A stretch of 64,000 bases of DNA from the human T2T-CHM13v2.0 reference genome, Homo sapiens (GCF_009914755.1 NC_060939.1), one strand, 5' to 3'; positions 35,740-52,906 are shown, numbered from the stretch's first letter. The notes: generated from the letters alone by a model not told the origin. Numbers and translations are program-made.

Positions 35740-38345
35740 TGTACTATTTCTTCCAAAACTATTCCAAACAATTGAAAAGGAGGGACTTCTCCCTATCTCA
35801 TTTTATGAGGCCATTATCATCCTGATACCAAAACCTGGCAGAGGTACAACAAAATAGAAAACTTCAGGCCAATATCCCTGATGATCATTAATACAAAAAT
35901 CTTCAATCAAATACTGGCAAACCAAATCAAGCATCACATCAAAAAGCTTATTCAACACCATCACTTTGGCCTCATCCCTGGGATGCAAGGTTGGTTCAAC
36001 ATAGGCAAATCAATAAACGTAATTCATCACATAAACAGAACTAAAGACCAAAACCACATGATTATCTCAATAGACGCAGAAAAGGCCATTAATAAAATTT
36101 GACATCCCTTCATGTTAAAAACTTTCAATAAACCAGGTATTGATGGAATGTACCTCAAAATAATAGGAGTCATTTATGATAAACCCATAGTCAATATCAT
36201 ACTGAATGGTCAAAAGCTGGAAGTATTCTCCTTGAAAACCAGCAGAAGATAAGGATGCCCTCTCTCACTACTCCTATTCAACATAGTATTGGAAGTTCTG
36301 GCCAGGGCAATCAGGCAAGAGAAAGAAATAAAGCGTATTCAAAAAGGAAGAGAAGAAGTCAAACTGTCTCTATTTGCAGATGACATGGTCCTATATCTAG
36401 AAAACCCCATTGTCTCAGCCCAAAAGCTGCTTAAGCTGATAAGCAACTTTTCAGCAGTCTCAGGATACAAAATCAATGTGCAAAAATTGCAAGCATTCCT
36501 ACACACCAATATTAGACGAGCAGAGACCCAAATCATGAATGGACTCCCATTCACAATTGCTACAAAGAGAATAAAATGCCTGGGAATACAGCTAACAAGG
36601 GAAGTGAAGGACCTCTTCAAGGAGAACTGCTTGTTCTATTTTCAAGAAGAACTACAAATCACTGCTGAAGGAAATCATAGAGGACACAAACAAATAGAAA
36701 AACATTCCATGCTCATGGATAAGAAGAATCAATATCATGAAAATGGCCATACTGCCCAAAGCAATTTACAGATTCAATGCTACTTCCATTAAACTACCAT
36801 TGACATTCTTCACAGAATTAGAAAAAAACTACTTTAAAATTTATATGGAACCAAAAAAGAGCCCATACAGCCAAGACAATCCTAAGCAAAAGAACAAAGC
36901 TGGAGGCATCAAGCTACCTGACTTCAAACTATACTACAAGGCTACAGTAACCAAAACAGCATGGTACTGGTACCAAAACAGACACATACACCAGTGGAAC
37001 AGAATAGAAATCTCAGAAATAAGACCACACATCTACAACCATCTGATCTTCAACAAACTTGACAAAAACCAGCAATGGGGAAGGGATTCCCTATTTAATA
37101 AATAGTACTGGGAAAACTGGCTAGCCATATGCAGAAAATTGAAACTGGACCCCTTCCTTACACCTTACACAAAAATTCTCAAGATAGATTAAAGACTTAA
37201 ATGTAAAACCCAAAACTATAAAAAGCCTAGAAGAAAATCTAGGCAATACCATTCAGGCATAGGCACAAGCAAAGATTTCATGACGAAAACATCAAAAGTA
37301 ATTGCCACAAAAGCAAAAATTGACAAAGGGGATCTAAACAAACTAAAGAGCTTCTGCACAGCAAAAGAAACTATCATCAGAGCAAACAAGGCAACCTACA
37401 GAATGGGAGAAAATTTTTGCAAGCTACCCATCTGACAAAGGCCTAATATCCAGAATCTACAAGGAACTTAAACAAATTTACAAGAAAAAAACAAACCCCA
37501 TCAAAAAGTGGGCAAAGGACATGAGCAGACACTTCTCAAAAGAAGAGATTTATGTGGCCAACAAACATATGAAAAAAAGGTCGACATCACTGATTATTAG
37601 AGAAATGCAAATCAAACCTCAATGAAATACTATCTCATGCCATTCAGAATGACGATTATTAAAAAATCTAGAAACAACAGATGCTGGAGAGGATGTGGAG
37701 AAATAGGAATGCTTTTACACTGTTAGTGGGAATGTAATTTAGTTCAACCATTGTGGAAGACAGTGTGGTGACTCTTCAAAGACCTGGAACCAGAAATACG
37801 ATTTGACCCAGCAATTCCATTAGTGGGTATATACCCAAAGGAATATAAATCATTCTATTATAACATGTACATGTATGTTTATTGCAGGACTATTCACAAT
37901 AACAAAGACATGGAATCAACCCAAATGCCCATCAGTGATAGACTGGATAAAGAAATTGTGGTATGGATATGCCATGGAATATGCCATGGAATACTATGCA
38001 ATCATAAAAAGAAATGAGGTCATGTCCCTTGCAAGGACATGGATGATCGAGATGGAAGCCATTAGCCTCAGCGGACTAACACAGGAACAGACAACCAAAC
38101 ACCACATGTTCTCACTTATAAGTGGGAGCTGAACAATGAGAACATATGGTCACAGGGAGGGGAACAATACACGCTGGGGCCTACCAGAGGGCAGGAGGAG
38201 GGAGAGCATCAGGATAAATAGCTAATGCATGTGGGACTTAATACCTAGTGATGGGTTGATAGGTGCAGCAAACCACCATGATAAATGTTTCACTGTGTAA
38301 CAAAGCTGCACATCCTGCACAGGTATCCTGGAACTTAAAATAAAT
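35740..38345 (+). mobile_element. Host L1 3' half (ORF2 RT to 3' UTR, L1PA10-12-type 3' UTR)
   Basis: RT motif LFADDM in ORF 36289-36792; 3' UTR gagcatcaggataaatagctaatgc...; AATAAA at 38339-38344. Confidence 0.9.
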
Positions 38346-38629
38346 AGAAGAAAAGATCTATATGTTACTCATTTTTTTCTTTACAAAGGTGAGAAAATTA
38401 TACTATGTAACTATCCTGTAAGAGGAACCAATTAAGTAAATTGTGATATATATCACAATTGATTTTTATTCAGGTATTAAAATTATAATTTTTAATGATA
38501 CAGAAAATACTTATATAGCATTAAGTGAAAACAGTATACAAAGTTGTATGTTTAGTATAATCTTAATTTTTTACAAAAATTTATAGAAGAAGTTTGCAAC
38601 GAAATATGTCAAATGTGAACATTATTATT

Positions 38630-39591
38630 GTTTTTTTTAAAGATTTATTTTTTTTTATACTTTAAGTTCTGGGGTACATGTGCAGAATGTGCAGTTTTGT
38701 TACATAGGTATACACGTGCCATGGTGGTTTGCTCCACCCATCAACCTGTCACCTACATTAGGTATTTCTCCTAATGGTATCCCTGCCCTAGCCCTCCACC
38801 CCCTGACAGGCCCTGGTGTGTGATGTTCCCCTCCCTATGTCCATGTGTTCTCATTGTTCAACTCCCACTTGTGAGTGATAATGTGCGGTGTTTGGTTTTC
38901 TGTTCTTGTGATAGTTTGCTGAGAATGATGGTTTCCAGCTTCATTCATGTCCCTGCAAAGGACATGAATTCATCCTTTTTATGGCTGCATAGTATTCCAT
39001 GGTATATATATATTCCACATTTTCTTTATCCAGTCTATCACTGATGGGCATTTGGGTTGATTCCATGTCTTTGTTATTGTGAATAGCCCTGCAATAAACA
39101 TACATGTATATGTTATAATAGAATGACTTATATTCTTTTGGGTATATACCCACTAATGGAATTGCTGGGTCAAATCGTATTTCTGGTTCCAGGCCTTCAA
39201 AGAATCATCACACTGTCTTCCACAATGGTTGAACTAATTTACACTCCCACCAACAGTGTAAAAGAACTCCTATTCCTCCACATCCTCTCCAGCATCTGTT
39301 GTTTCCTGACTTTTTAATGATCGCCATCCTAACTGGTGTGAGATGGTATCTCATTGTGGTTTTGATTTGCATTTCTCTAATGACCAGTGATGATGAGCAT
39401 TTTTTCATATGTCTGTTGGCTGCATAAATGTCTTCTTTTAAGAAGTGTTTGTTATATCCTTTGCCCACTTTTTGATGGGGTTGTTTGTTTTTTTCTTGTA
39501 AATTTGTTTAAGTTCTTTGTAGATTCTAGATAAGCCCTTTGTCAGATGGATAGATAGCAAAAATGTTCTCCCATTCTGTAGGTCACCTTTT
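38630..39591 (-). mobile_element. 5'-truncated L1PA7-like element, antisense
   Basis: Poly(T) end and L1PA7-type 3' UTR; TSD CAAATGTGAACATTATTA (38610-38627) and CAAATATGAACATTATTA (39592-39609). Confidence 0.9.
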
Positions 39592-40472
39592 CAAATATGA
39601 ACATTATTAATTTATGAAAACTTATGGGTGGTTTTTATCCATTTCTTTATACTTTTCAAATTTGCACTTCCTAAAAATCTCTAAAATTATTGTGTTATAC
39701 TTTTAGATCAGAGAAAAATAAATGTTTAAAAAAGTTATATTCCTCTTCTGCCCTCAATCTTCAGTACACAGTTCACAGTAAGGTAGTAGTATCATTTTGA
39801 GACACCCTAAGTGGTGGAAACCAAAAATCCACCTTCATGGAGGACGAATCATGGCTGATGGCTCTGTAAGTGATACTATGAGCACTATGTATGTTCCTCT
39901 TCACAATCAAATGAGGCTTCTTGTTTCAATATTTAACCCCTACTAGAATCTTGCCATGATATGCTCACAATTGGAGGTTTTTGGTTTTTGGGTTATTTTG
40001 GTTTTGCCTAAACTTAAGCCAAGATCCAATTCCATTTTCTAGCTATCAGTAATATTGCCAAGCTGCATAATGGAATTATTAACCATTTGTGTGATTTATA
40101 AGTGGTAATTAGCATGTTTTATGGGACATGAAGACTTTGAAAGTTTGACCTACTATATCTTTTTGGGTTGTTTTGTGCTCTGTGATTAATTTTTGTGTTG
40201 ATTTTTATTAAAGGAGAGTTTTTTCATTTTAGAAATGTTTGAGACGTATTTTCATTGATGATTAGTAGTTATGGAAAAAATAATTGGGGCTGAATAGCTT
40301 AATTAGTAGAAAGTTTGGGGTACCAGACTGAACTCAAATAAATCATAAACTCAAACTCATTAAAATATATATTCAAAAAAGTATATGTTCTCCTCTAAAG
40401 TCAACAAAAAATAGACATGTTTTAGTAAGTCTGATAAGTAACTCTCTAAATCTCTTTACTGTCTTTCTACAG

Positions 40473-40626
40473 GAAAAAGCAATTTCGGTATCTACTAGAA
40501 TCCAAAGGAAAAAAACCTGGTATTATCAACGAAGAAAATAATGACAGCAAAAGACTTGTAGGAGAAAACACAAATCGTGCTACATTAAATTATACTACAA
40601 GAGACTTTTATAATGAAAAGCTAGAG
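40473..40626 (+). CDS. LRRC49: LRRC49 penultimate coding exon (D), 154 nt, phase 2 to phase 0
   Basis: Acceptor gtctttctacAG|G and donor GAG|GTAAAA. Translates (R)KKQFRYLLESKGKKPGIINEENNDSKRLVGENTNRATLNYTTRDFYNEKLE; phases match exons C and E. Confidence 0.92.
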
Positions 40627-41602
40627 GTAAAACTACTGTTAATCTTTGCGATCTAATGCCAGGATATATCCCACATGGCTTGGAATTTGGGGGTTGTACA
40701 TTTTACCCTTAGTTAAGATAACTTTTTTGTTCTGGAATATTTGTCAACCTTATATTACAAAGCCAGGGACAGTAGGTACCCAGGCAATTAGGGAGAAATA
40801 GAGCCCTGAGATGCAGAAGAACCCAGGGTTTCAGTATCGTTATTTCAGCAGAAAAAAAAAATGCTCAAAAGAAATCTGTACCATAAATCTGTAGCAAAAA
40901 TCTAGTCCAAAGCAGGACCAAGGGTCCCGATCTATGTAAGAAATAGGTTATAGGCTTGCTGTAGGTACTTAGCCACATCATGCCAGACCATCAGAGAACA
41001 CAGCAGGACCTCCGTTTTTGTTCTCCTTACTGGGACCATTGATGTTTTAATTCATACCTTTCATTCTACACCATTTTTTTTATGATTACTTAATCATATA
41101 ATTTCAACTTGTTCTATTCCTAATATAGCTACTTAGCCAGGAAAATGGTAACTAAACCTTTATGTTTTATGTGGTCAGAGGTTCAGAGTGTTTTGTATAG
41201 GGGAATACAATGTTGTGGTGCTGCAGGAACTACAAAGAAGAAAACTATGTAGTATTTACCTTGATGGAGCTCATAGGAAAGCTGAAGAAACAACTTATCT
41301 ACATAACAATACAACGTTGTGACCCTTCAAGAGATTTTGAGGGAACAAAGGGGCAAAAGAACAAGAAAGAGAAAACACATTTACTGAGCATCTATGACTC
41401 ATGTGCAAGGTGCTGTATGAGGTGATACATCTATATCCAGATATAAGTATATCTATAGATCCCCTCACACAGGTTATACGATTGATATATAATAGATATC
41501 TTTCAATATCTACATATGTATCTCTAGATATATAGATATAACATTTAGAAGTGTGTGTGTGGCAGGGCGAAGTGTGTATACTGTAGATGTGAAATGGCTA
41601 GT

Positions 41603-41857
41603 CAAGTGGTTTTCAAATGTTTTTAACAGTTTTGGACCTCTTTATTCAAACCACCGTATTATAGCTGAAAACCCAGTGTATCAGAAGAAAGCAAAACAGC
41701 AGAGCTGCTGTTGTTATAGAGGAAAAGTAGGAAATTCAGAGTTTCATTTGATTGGGTCTTCTTTTCCTTTTCCTTTCCTTTCCTTCCCCACCCCCAATCC
41801 TGAAGTGTCTCTTTGGAACCCATAGGGCTGTAGGCATTACAGCTTGAAAATTACTTG
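41603..41857. mobile_element. hAT-Charlie MITE (MER112-like)
   Basis: Terminal inverted repeats CAAGTGGTTTTCAA and TTGAAAATTACTTG, about 255 bp apart. Confidence 0.55.
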
Positions 41858-41929
41858 AAAACTCAATGCAAGACTATTTTTAATAGTATCCTACAAGATG
41901 TTCTACTTTAAGTTCTTCTAGTGTGAAAG

Positions 41930-42110
41930 GTCAATGTTTCATGACATTGTTGTCTATCACAGAACAACTCTAAACGTGAAGAAATTCTTACTGATATTAA
42001 GCTTAAATCTGCCTCTTAATAACCTTCACTTAGTGATCCTAGTACCACCTTACATAGTAAAAAGAACAAGTCTGTTCCTTATGAAAATGCTTCAAATACT
42101 TGAAGTCAAC
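41930..42110 (-). mobile_element. L3/CR1 fragment
   Basis: aagaaattcttactgatattaagcttaaatctgcctc...ttcacttagtgatcctagt resembles the L3 3' region. Confidence 0.45.
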
Positions 42111-42139
42111 TACCTTTTTCATCTCAGCACTCTCTACAT

Positions 42140-42600
42140 TCATACTTTCATTCATTCAAAAATCATGTATTGAACACCTGTCATACACAACACACTGTGT
42201 AATATACTAGGGCTATAAAAAGACACTGTCCTTGCCCTCATGGATCTCACATTCTAATGGAGGAGATAGACATATATACGGATAAGTATCAATCAGTTTA
42301 TCAAGAGCATAGAGAGATAACTAACCCAGATCAAAGTAGGGTTTTAGAAAAAATGATGGCCGATATGAGTCTTAAAAGATAAAATATAGCTATATTAAAA
42401 AGGGGAAAGAGGCAGTTCTGGCAAATAGCACAGTGCAAATAAGGCATAGAAGTATAAAACATGTAAGGAGAGGGCCAGGAACTATAAGCAGGTCATTGTT
42501 GTGGAAGTTCAGAGATTGAGGTAGACAGTATTAAAAGATGAGACCAGAAAGATAGTAAGAGAACAATGTGAAAGAGATTGAACATAATCCTTTGGCCAAT
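42140..42600 (-). mobile_element. L2 fragment, antisense
   Basis: ttcattcattcaaaaatcatgtattgaacacc...tgtccttgccctcatggatctcacattctaatgg. Confidence 0.65.
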
Positions 42601-42710
42601 AGGGGTTTCCTAGTGTTGCCAAAAGAAGAAAATGAAAGCCAAGGTGGCAGGATTATGTCTCCTCTTCCTGAATACAGCTGGTTCTATGAGTGAAAAAATT
42701 AATATGTATA

Positions 42711-43033
42711 TAGTTGTGTTTGGTTTCTATGGACGATTGGTTTCAGGACCTCCTGCAGATACCAAAATGCACAGATGCTCAAGTCCCTGATAAAAAATGA
42801 TGTAGTAACGTAGTATTTGCATGTAGCCTATGCACATCCTCCCATATACTTTAAATCATTTCTAGATTACTTATAATACTACAATGCAAATGCCATGTAA
42901 ATAGTTGTTATACTGTATTGTTTAGGGAATAATGACAAGAAAAGTCTGTACAGATGTGTTTTAAAAAAATGTTTTCAATCTGCAGTTGGTTGAATTCACA
43001 GATGCAGAATCCACGGATATGGAGGGCCAACTG
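42711..43033 (+). mobile_element. MER2 (TcMar-Tigger)
   Basis: Matches the recalled MER2 consensus; TA TSD on both sides. Confidence 0.85.
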
Positions 43034-43579
43034 TATTTAGTAAATCTAAACATGCCAATTTACATTAAAGAAATTTAGTAAAATATCGAAAAGCTGCATT
43101 CAAACCAAGGATTTCACAGTAAAATCTACCAACTTTTTAAGAAACAGAGAATTCTAATGATTTTAAAATTGTTTGAGAGTATTGAAAAAGAAGGAAAACT
43201 CTTCCATGTTTTCAATACAGACAGCATAACATTGATTCCAAAAATGCCAGTATTGCATAGGAAAAGAAAAGCCAAACCATACATTTAAAAATATTGGTGC
43301 AAACCCCTTTTAAAAATATTGTCAGCCAGAATACAGCAGAACATTAAATGAATAACAAACATTATAGCCAAGTGTAGTTTATCCTAGAAAGGCAGGGAAG
43401 ATTCAATATTAGTGAATTAATAGATCTAATGTGAAAAATCATGATTATTTCTATAGACATTGAAAATAAATTTCACACAATTCAATACCTATTCTTAATT
43501 TTGTAACTCAATAAATAGGATAAATGGAAATTGCATAGTGTTATGCTTGATGGGGAAACTCTGGAAACATTAGCATTAG

Positions 43580-44525
<946 letters not shown>

Positions 44526-45461
44526 TGCATCACTGAAGTAAGTAACAAGACAAGGATGCCTAATATCACTATTATATTTTTCTCAATACAGATAATGCAA
44601 TGAAACAAGAGAAGGAAATCAATGGTCATTTGAAAAGAAGGAAGTAAACTTATATTTGCAGATAATATTATTGAATACCTGGAAATCCCAAGAATATTAA
44701 TTTAGAAATCATAAAAAGCTATAAGAAAATTCAGTAATATAGCAGAAGTCAACAGCTTCCATATTACAGATAACAAGCAGAAAGAAGATATAAGGAAAAA
44801 CCTAACTCACAGTAGCAACACAGAAAGATAATGTATCTTGTAATAACCTAATAATAAATATGCAGGATCTATAAATAAACTTTTCAAACATTAGTGAAGC
44901 ATACAAAAGATTTATACAAATGGAAAAACATGCCATGTTTTAGATAAGAAGAATTTCAAGCAAACTTTGTCAATTTTCTTTAACTTAAAAATTTCATATA
45001 ATCCCAATGAAAATACCAAAAACTTTTTTGTTGAGGCTTTTTGACAAGTTGATACTATAGTACATGTGGAAAAATAAACATAATTAGCTACAAAAACTCC
45101 AAAAAAGAACAATGAGAAGAAGGCTAGCACTATTAGATATTAAGGCATATTATAAATACCTATCAATTAAAACAGGGTGGTTGTAAAGAGATAGTCTAAT
45201 GGGATAAATGATACTGAGGAAATGGGATATTCAATCAGAAAAGCATATTGAACCCCTTCTTTGCACCATGCAACAAAAAATTAACTCCAGACCAAATAAA
45301 AACCCAAGTATTAAAAGCAAAAGTTTCAAGTTTTTATTTTAATAAGAAGAGAAAATCTTTATGATCTTGATTGGGTTGGCTATGATTTTTTAACACCATA
45401 GATGCACAAACTATAAAGGAAAATGTTTTGGTAAATTGGACAGTCATTCAAGGTGATTGTG

Positions 45462-45568
45462 TTTTTTGTTTTTGTTTTTTTCTATGTTGCCCAGTCTGTC
45501 CCTGAGCTCCTGGGCTCAAGAAATCCTCCTACCTTGTCCTTCCAAGTAGCTGAAACTACAGGCATGCA
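45462..45568 (-). mobile_element. Alu monomer fragment (FLAM-like)
   Basis: tatgttgcccagtctgtccctgagctcctgggctcaag...ctacaggcatg. Confidence 0.65.
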
Positions 45569-45739
45569 GATTTTTAAAAACAGATAGCTTCAGTGCAGTC
45601 ATGTAAGCAGAGTCTTGATTAAAGTGATATGAGCAATAATTAAGCTATAAGAAAGTAAAGACAGGGAATGTTGACTCCTGCTTTGAGAAATTTTAAAGAG
45701 GAAAGAAGGAATCTGAAGCCCCAAAATATTTGGAAAGAA

Positions 45740-46780
45740 ACACCAATCTAACAATCAGGAGATGTGGATTTGAGCCCCTGATTCTACTTCTGAGTACTTG
45801 AAAGACCTTGCTGAAGTCCCTTAATCACTCTCTCGACTCACAGCCCAGCATTCCTTCACTTATACCATGCTCCTTACATCTTGAAAAATACTTAAATCAC
45901 TGCAGCACAAAGTGCTCAGTCTCTCTTCCATACATCCTGAGTTGTTGAGAAAATTAATTGAGGTAAGTTCTTCACAAATCAGGTTAAGCAGACCCTTTCA
46001 TTATACATGTCATAACTCTGTTGCTTGGTAGTTGTCCATCTATTCTCCTGACTCATCTAAAAAAGATTTAAGATGGACATAGAATCAGAGTGCTGAAAGG
46101 GACTTTAAAGAATCTAATGCTATTCTTAGATGAGGAAAACTGGAAACTCAGATGAGTTACTGAGGGTCACGTTGAATTATTGACTGAGCCGCCTCTAGAA
46201 TGGAGTCCTAATTCTGACCTTGGACACGTTCACAGTATATCATGGTGCTCTCTCAAGTTTTCTTGACCACCCTAGTGCAAAGGGCTCTCTCTTTTCTGAA
46301 CACTGTTTGTAATTTGCTGTCTGAACGTTTTACTCAGCATGTATCTACTGTTTTATGTTTTTAGTTGACTTTTTATATGTGCATGCCATCTCCCAACTAG
46401 ACTGTAAGTTCTTCAAGGACTAGATTAGAGAGTTTTCTCTATGGAAGTATTAATAGAAGATGCTTAATCCTGAGCAGATCTCTCAATCTCTATAGACCTT
46501 GTTTCCCACTTATAAAATGGAGATATGGATTAAATCCTAATACAAGTACCATTATAGTTAAAATTGCTCTATAACAAACCCCACTGTTGACCTTCTTTTT
46601 CCCAAACCATCTTCATAACAACAAAATTCTAGTTTAATGAAATAATGTAAACAATATTGTATATAGTTTATCTCATCAGAATTGAACTTGTAAAATACTT
46701 GCTTTATGAATCCCACAGGGATATTGTGAGACAAAAAGAGATGAGTATATGAAAGCATTTGGGAATGGAAAAAGCATTAC
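45740..46780. mobile_element. Cluster of MIR and L2 fragments
   Basis: MIR motifs (ggatttgagcccctgattctac; ttagatgaggaaaactg) and an L2 end (tcccaactagactgtaagttc). Confidence 0.5.
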
Positions 46781-47801
46781 TCAAGGAGCAACAACTCCTT
46801 GACAGGTCAGGGCAAGAGAGGTGTCTCTAACGTGCTTTCAATGGGATCATCCTGGACAGGCAGAGTGAGTCATCCTGGCAGACACCTGATGACTTATAGG
46901 GCATATTGTAAGGAGATGCAGAATAGTTGGCTTGGAGGAGAGGAGAAATCATGAAGTAGAAATGCTTTCAAACACAGTTACTAAATTAAGGATTATTATA
47001 GCAGATACAATTCTATATCAACATGTCCCTAGAGAAACAGTGGAAGTAACTATAGCAGAAAATTTTAAAGCACTGTAAATTATACTGTGCCAGTTATGAA
47101 GAATTTATTTTCAATTGTATAATACATAAATGATTTAACAAAATATATCATTTAATTGTTTTAATTTTTGTTATCCCTAAATTATTATAAAAAATCTTCC
47201 AATCTTAATAATAGAATTTTGTCTTTTTAAATTCAAAATCCTATTTTAAGCAATTTGGAAATCTGTAAAAGAAGCATTCACTAAATATGCTCTATGCTTT
47301 CTACTTGTAAATGCATTGCTTGTAAAATATTGCTCATTTTAGTTGCTGATCTCTAGTGACTCACACTTGTCCTTCTTTGTAGGAGTTCCTATGTAGTCCA
47401 GATTTACTGAGTGCGAAAAGGGAGCAGCTACATTCTGTTCTCATCAACAAGCTAACTTAGTATAGGTGGCTAATGTTCAGACTATAGTATTTCAGAGTGA
47501 GGGAAGATCTTCAGAGAAGAGGCCAGCTGGAACCATTTGTTGCTTATCACACATCAAAAATCTGTACATACTTTTAAGACTGGTCAATCTATGACCTATT
47601 GTTTTAGTACATGACTATATCAAATCAGCATTTTGACCTGTGAATGGTGATTGATTGCTTAGAGATGCCTTATATGTCATAAGAAAATTCTTAAAATATG
47701 CCTCTGTTAAGGAAAGTTAGTGCAGGTTGGACTTATTGTTAACTTACATTAATTAATCAGGAATTTAAAACATATTTTATTTTAAACATCATAAGCATTT
47801 G

Positions 47802-48095
47802 GGCCAGGTGTGGTGGCTCATGCCTGTAATCCCAGCTCTTTGGGAGGCTGAGGTGGGTGGATTGCTTGAGTTCAAGAGTTTGAGACCAGCCTAGGCAACA
47901 TGGCAAAGCCACATCTTTACAAAAAATAAAATTAGCTGGGTGTGGTGGTGCACGCCTGTGGTCACAACTGCTGGAGAAGGTAAGGTGGGAGGGTCGTTTG
48001 AGCCTGGGAGGCAGAGGTTGCAGTGAGCGGAGATCATGCCACTGCACTCTAGCCTGGGCAGCAGAGTGAGACCCTGTCTCCAAAAAATAAATTAA
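47802..48095 (+). mobile_element. AluJ
   Basis: TSD ATCATAAGCATT at 47788-47799 and 48104-48115. Confidence 0.9.
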
Positions 48096-48181
48096 TTTAA
48101 AAAATCATAAGCATTGGGAAACAGAAGAAAATATTAAAAAGGAGGAAAACATACTAATGTTCTCAGAACTCAGAAACAATC

Positions 48182-48475
48182 TTTTTTTTTTTTTTTTTTT
48201 TTTGAGACGGAGTCTCCCTCTGTCACCCAGGCTGGAGTGCAGTGGTGTGATCTTGGCTCACTGCAAGCTCCGCCTCCCAGGTTCATGCCATTTCCTGCCT
48301 CAGCCTCTCGAGTAGCTGGGACTACAGGCGCCCACCACCACACCTGGCTAATTTTTTTTGTGTTTTTTTAGTAGAGACGGGGCTTCACCATGTTAACCAG
48401 GATGGTCTCGATCTCCAGACCTCATGATCTGCCCACCTCAGCCTCCCAGAGTGCTGGGATTGTAGGCGTGAGCCA
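48182..48475 (-). mobile_element. AluY, antisense, slightly 5'-truncated
   Basis: TSD AGAA(C/T)TCAGAAACAATCTT at 48165-48183 and 48476-48494. Confidence 0.92.
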
Positions 48476-48984
48476 AGAATTCAGAAACAATCTTAATGAG
48501 ACTTCAATATATTTTCTTCAATAGTTTTTATGCATTCTTTTCTAACTTTTTAATAAAAATTTCAAACATACAGCAAAGTTGAAAGAATTTTACAATAAAC
48601 ATCCATACGTCCAAAACCTACACTCAACTATTAGCATCGTACCATACAGTGTACTTACTTTATCACATATCTATGTGTCTATCCATCCATCAGTCTACCT
48701 TCGTATTTTTTAAATTCATCTCACAGTCATTGCAGACATTAGTATGCTTCTGCCTAAATAATTCAGCGTGCATTTCATTAATTGAGATTCAGTATTCTAC
48801 AGAGTATTTTTCTTTGTAAATTTTTCCATTTAGAGGTAAAACTTATATACTGAAATGTAAATCTTAGGTGTACAATTGCTGAGTTTTGACAAATCATACA
48901 TTCATATAACCCAAACCCTATCAAAAAAAATTTTATTTTTTTCACATAACATTATGATTTAAGCATTTTTTCTTATTATGAATC

Positions 48985-51698
<2,714 letters not shown>

Positions 51699-52702
51699 TA
51701 AATTTAGCTCATTTAATTTATCTTGAAATTATTTTGGTGTTTTGACTTGAGTTGGAGATTTAAATGGATCCTTTTTCTAGTAGTTAAATGTATTGTCTCA
51801 TTGACATTTATTACTTTCCTTCTTCATTGATGTGCATTACTTCCCTTGTAATTCTGATTATCTGATGTGTTACATTGATTCTTCCATGTATATTATACAT
51901 TCCATGATTATGCCTTGATACTATTCAGAAGTATCAATAGCCAAAATAAATGTTAAATTCTTGATTAAACAAAATCACTTTGTTTTAGTCTCTGTGATGA
52001 AATTGGGGCACAATATTCAAATATCCTCAGCTCCAAAATTCCTCTGTTGTGTTTAGGACCAGGTTTTTCATTTTCACACTGCCAGACCCAGAAGTTGAGT
52101 GGGAGACCTGTTTCTTTAGAAGGCAACGTCCTGGGTCCCAGGTTTCTATATGTTTACTCTTCCTAATTGTACACTTCCCCCCAACTTTCTCCAAATGGTC
52201 AAGGCTGCGTAAGTCAGTGTAGTGTACCATTTTATGCTTTCCCATAATAGAGGGTAAATTCAGAGTATACATACTTAAAGTATTACATAGATATTAACTA
52301 ATATCATACCAATTGAAATTGTCACTATCTGTATCCTGATACATTTACCACAGGAATCTGTGAGTCTGCATTCAGCTGACTTGTGTGAGCTAAATGACCT
52401 GAACTGAGATAGGAGAAATAGTAGTTATGATTCAACAATTCCAGTAAAGAAACACATTTTCTAGCAGAGCTGTCCAACAGAGGTAGGAGTAGACTGAGAA
52501 GTACTGAGACCCTTGTTGTTATCTTTACTCAAGCAGAACTCTGTCAGCAGTGACTAGGAAAGAATTCCTGCTCTGAGGAGTAGATGGGGGAGGAATAGGG
52601 GGTCAGAATAAATTATTTCAATTTTCTGTGGTTCAGCTAATTGTTGCTTTGACTTTTGGATTAGTTATGATTTAATACAAAACTTTCTCTTTTTTTTAAC
52701 AG

Positions 52703-52906
52703 GAAATAAAGGAAAAGAAGAAATTCTGTAAAACATATATAGAAGACCTTGTGAAGGAAGCCACAGAAATCAACATGAAAAATGAGGCTTTGCAGAAGCT
52801 TTGGCCACAGATGTTCATTGAGCTTGTTAGGGATGCAGTCATAGAAATTCGCAATAAAAATTCCTATATGAAGCTCTGCCTACAGCAGATAACAGACCAA
52901 AAATAA
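52703..52906 (+). CDS. LRRC49: LRRC49 terminal coding exon (E) to stop codon
   Basis: Polypyrimidine acceptor ttttttaacAG|GAA. Translates EIKEKKKFCKTYIEDLVKEATEINMKNEALQKLWPQMFIELVRDAVIEIRNKNSYMKLCLQQITDQK, then TAA at 52904-52906. Confidence 0.93.
   Translation, partial: EIKEKKKFCKTYIEDLVKEATEINMKNEALQKLWPQMFIELVRDAVIEIRNKNSYMKLCLQQITDQK

Noticed and set aside
37400-39590. Net inversion between the tail-to-tail L1s
   Set aside because: The younger L1's TSD is intact and in direct orientation, and the old L1M flank continues colinearly; only conversion is supported.
41425-41542. Palindromic-looking TATAGATATC-rich stretch as a possible hairpin RNA
   Set aside because: AT-rich low-complexity sequence is self-complementary by composition, and there are no miRNA or snoRNA hallmarks.
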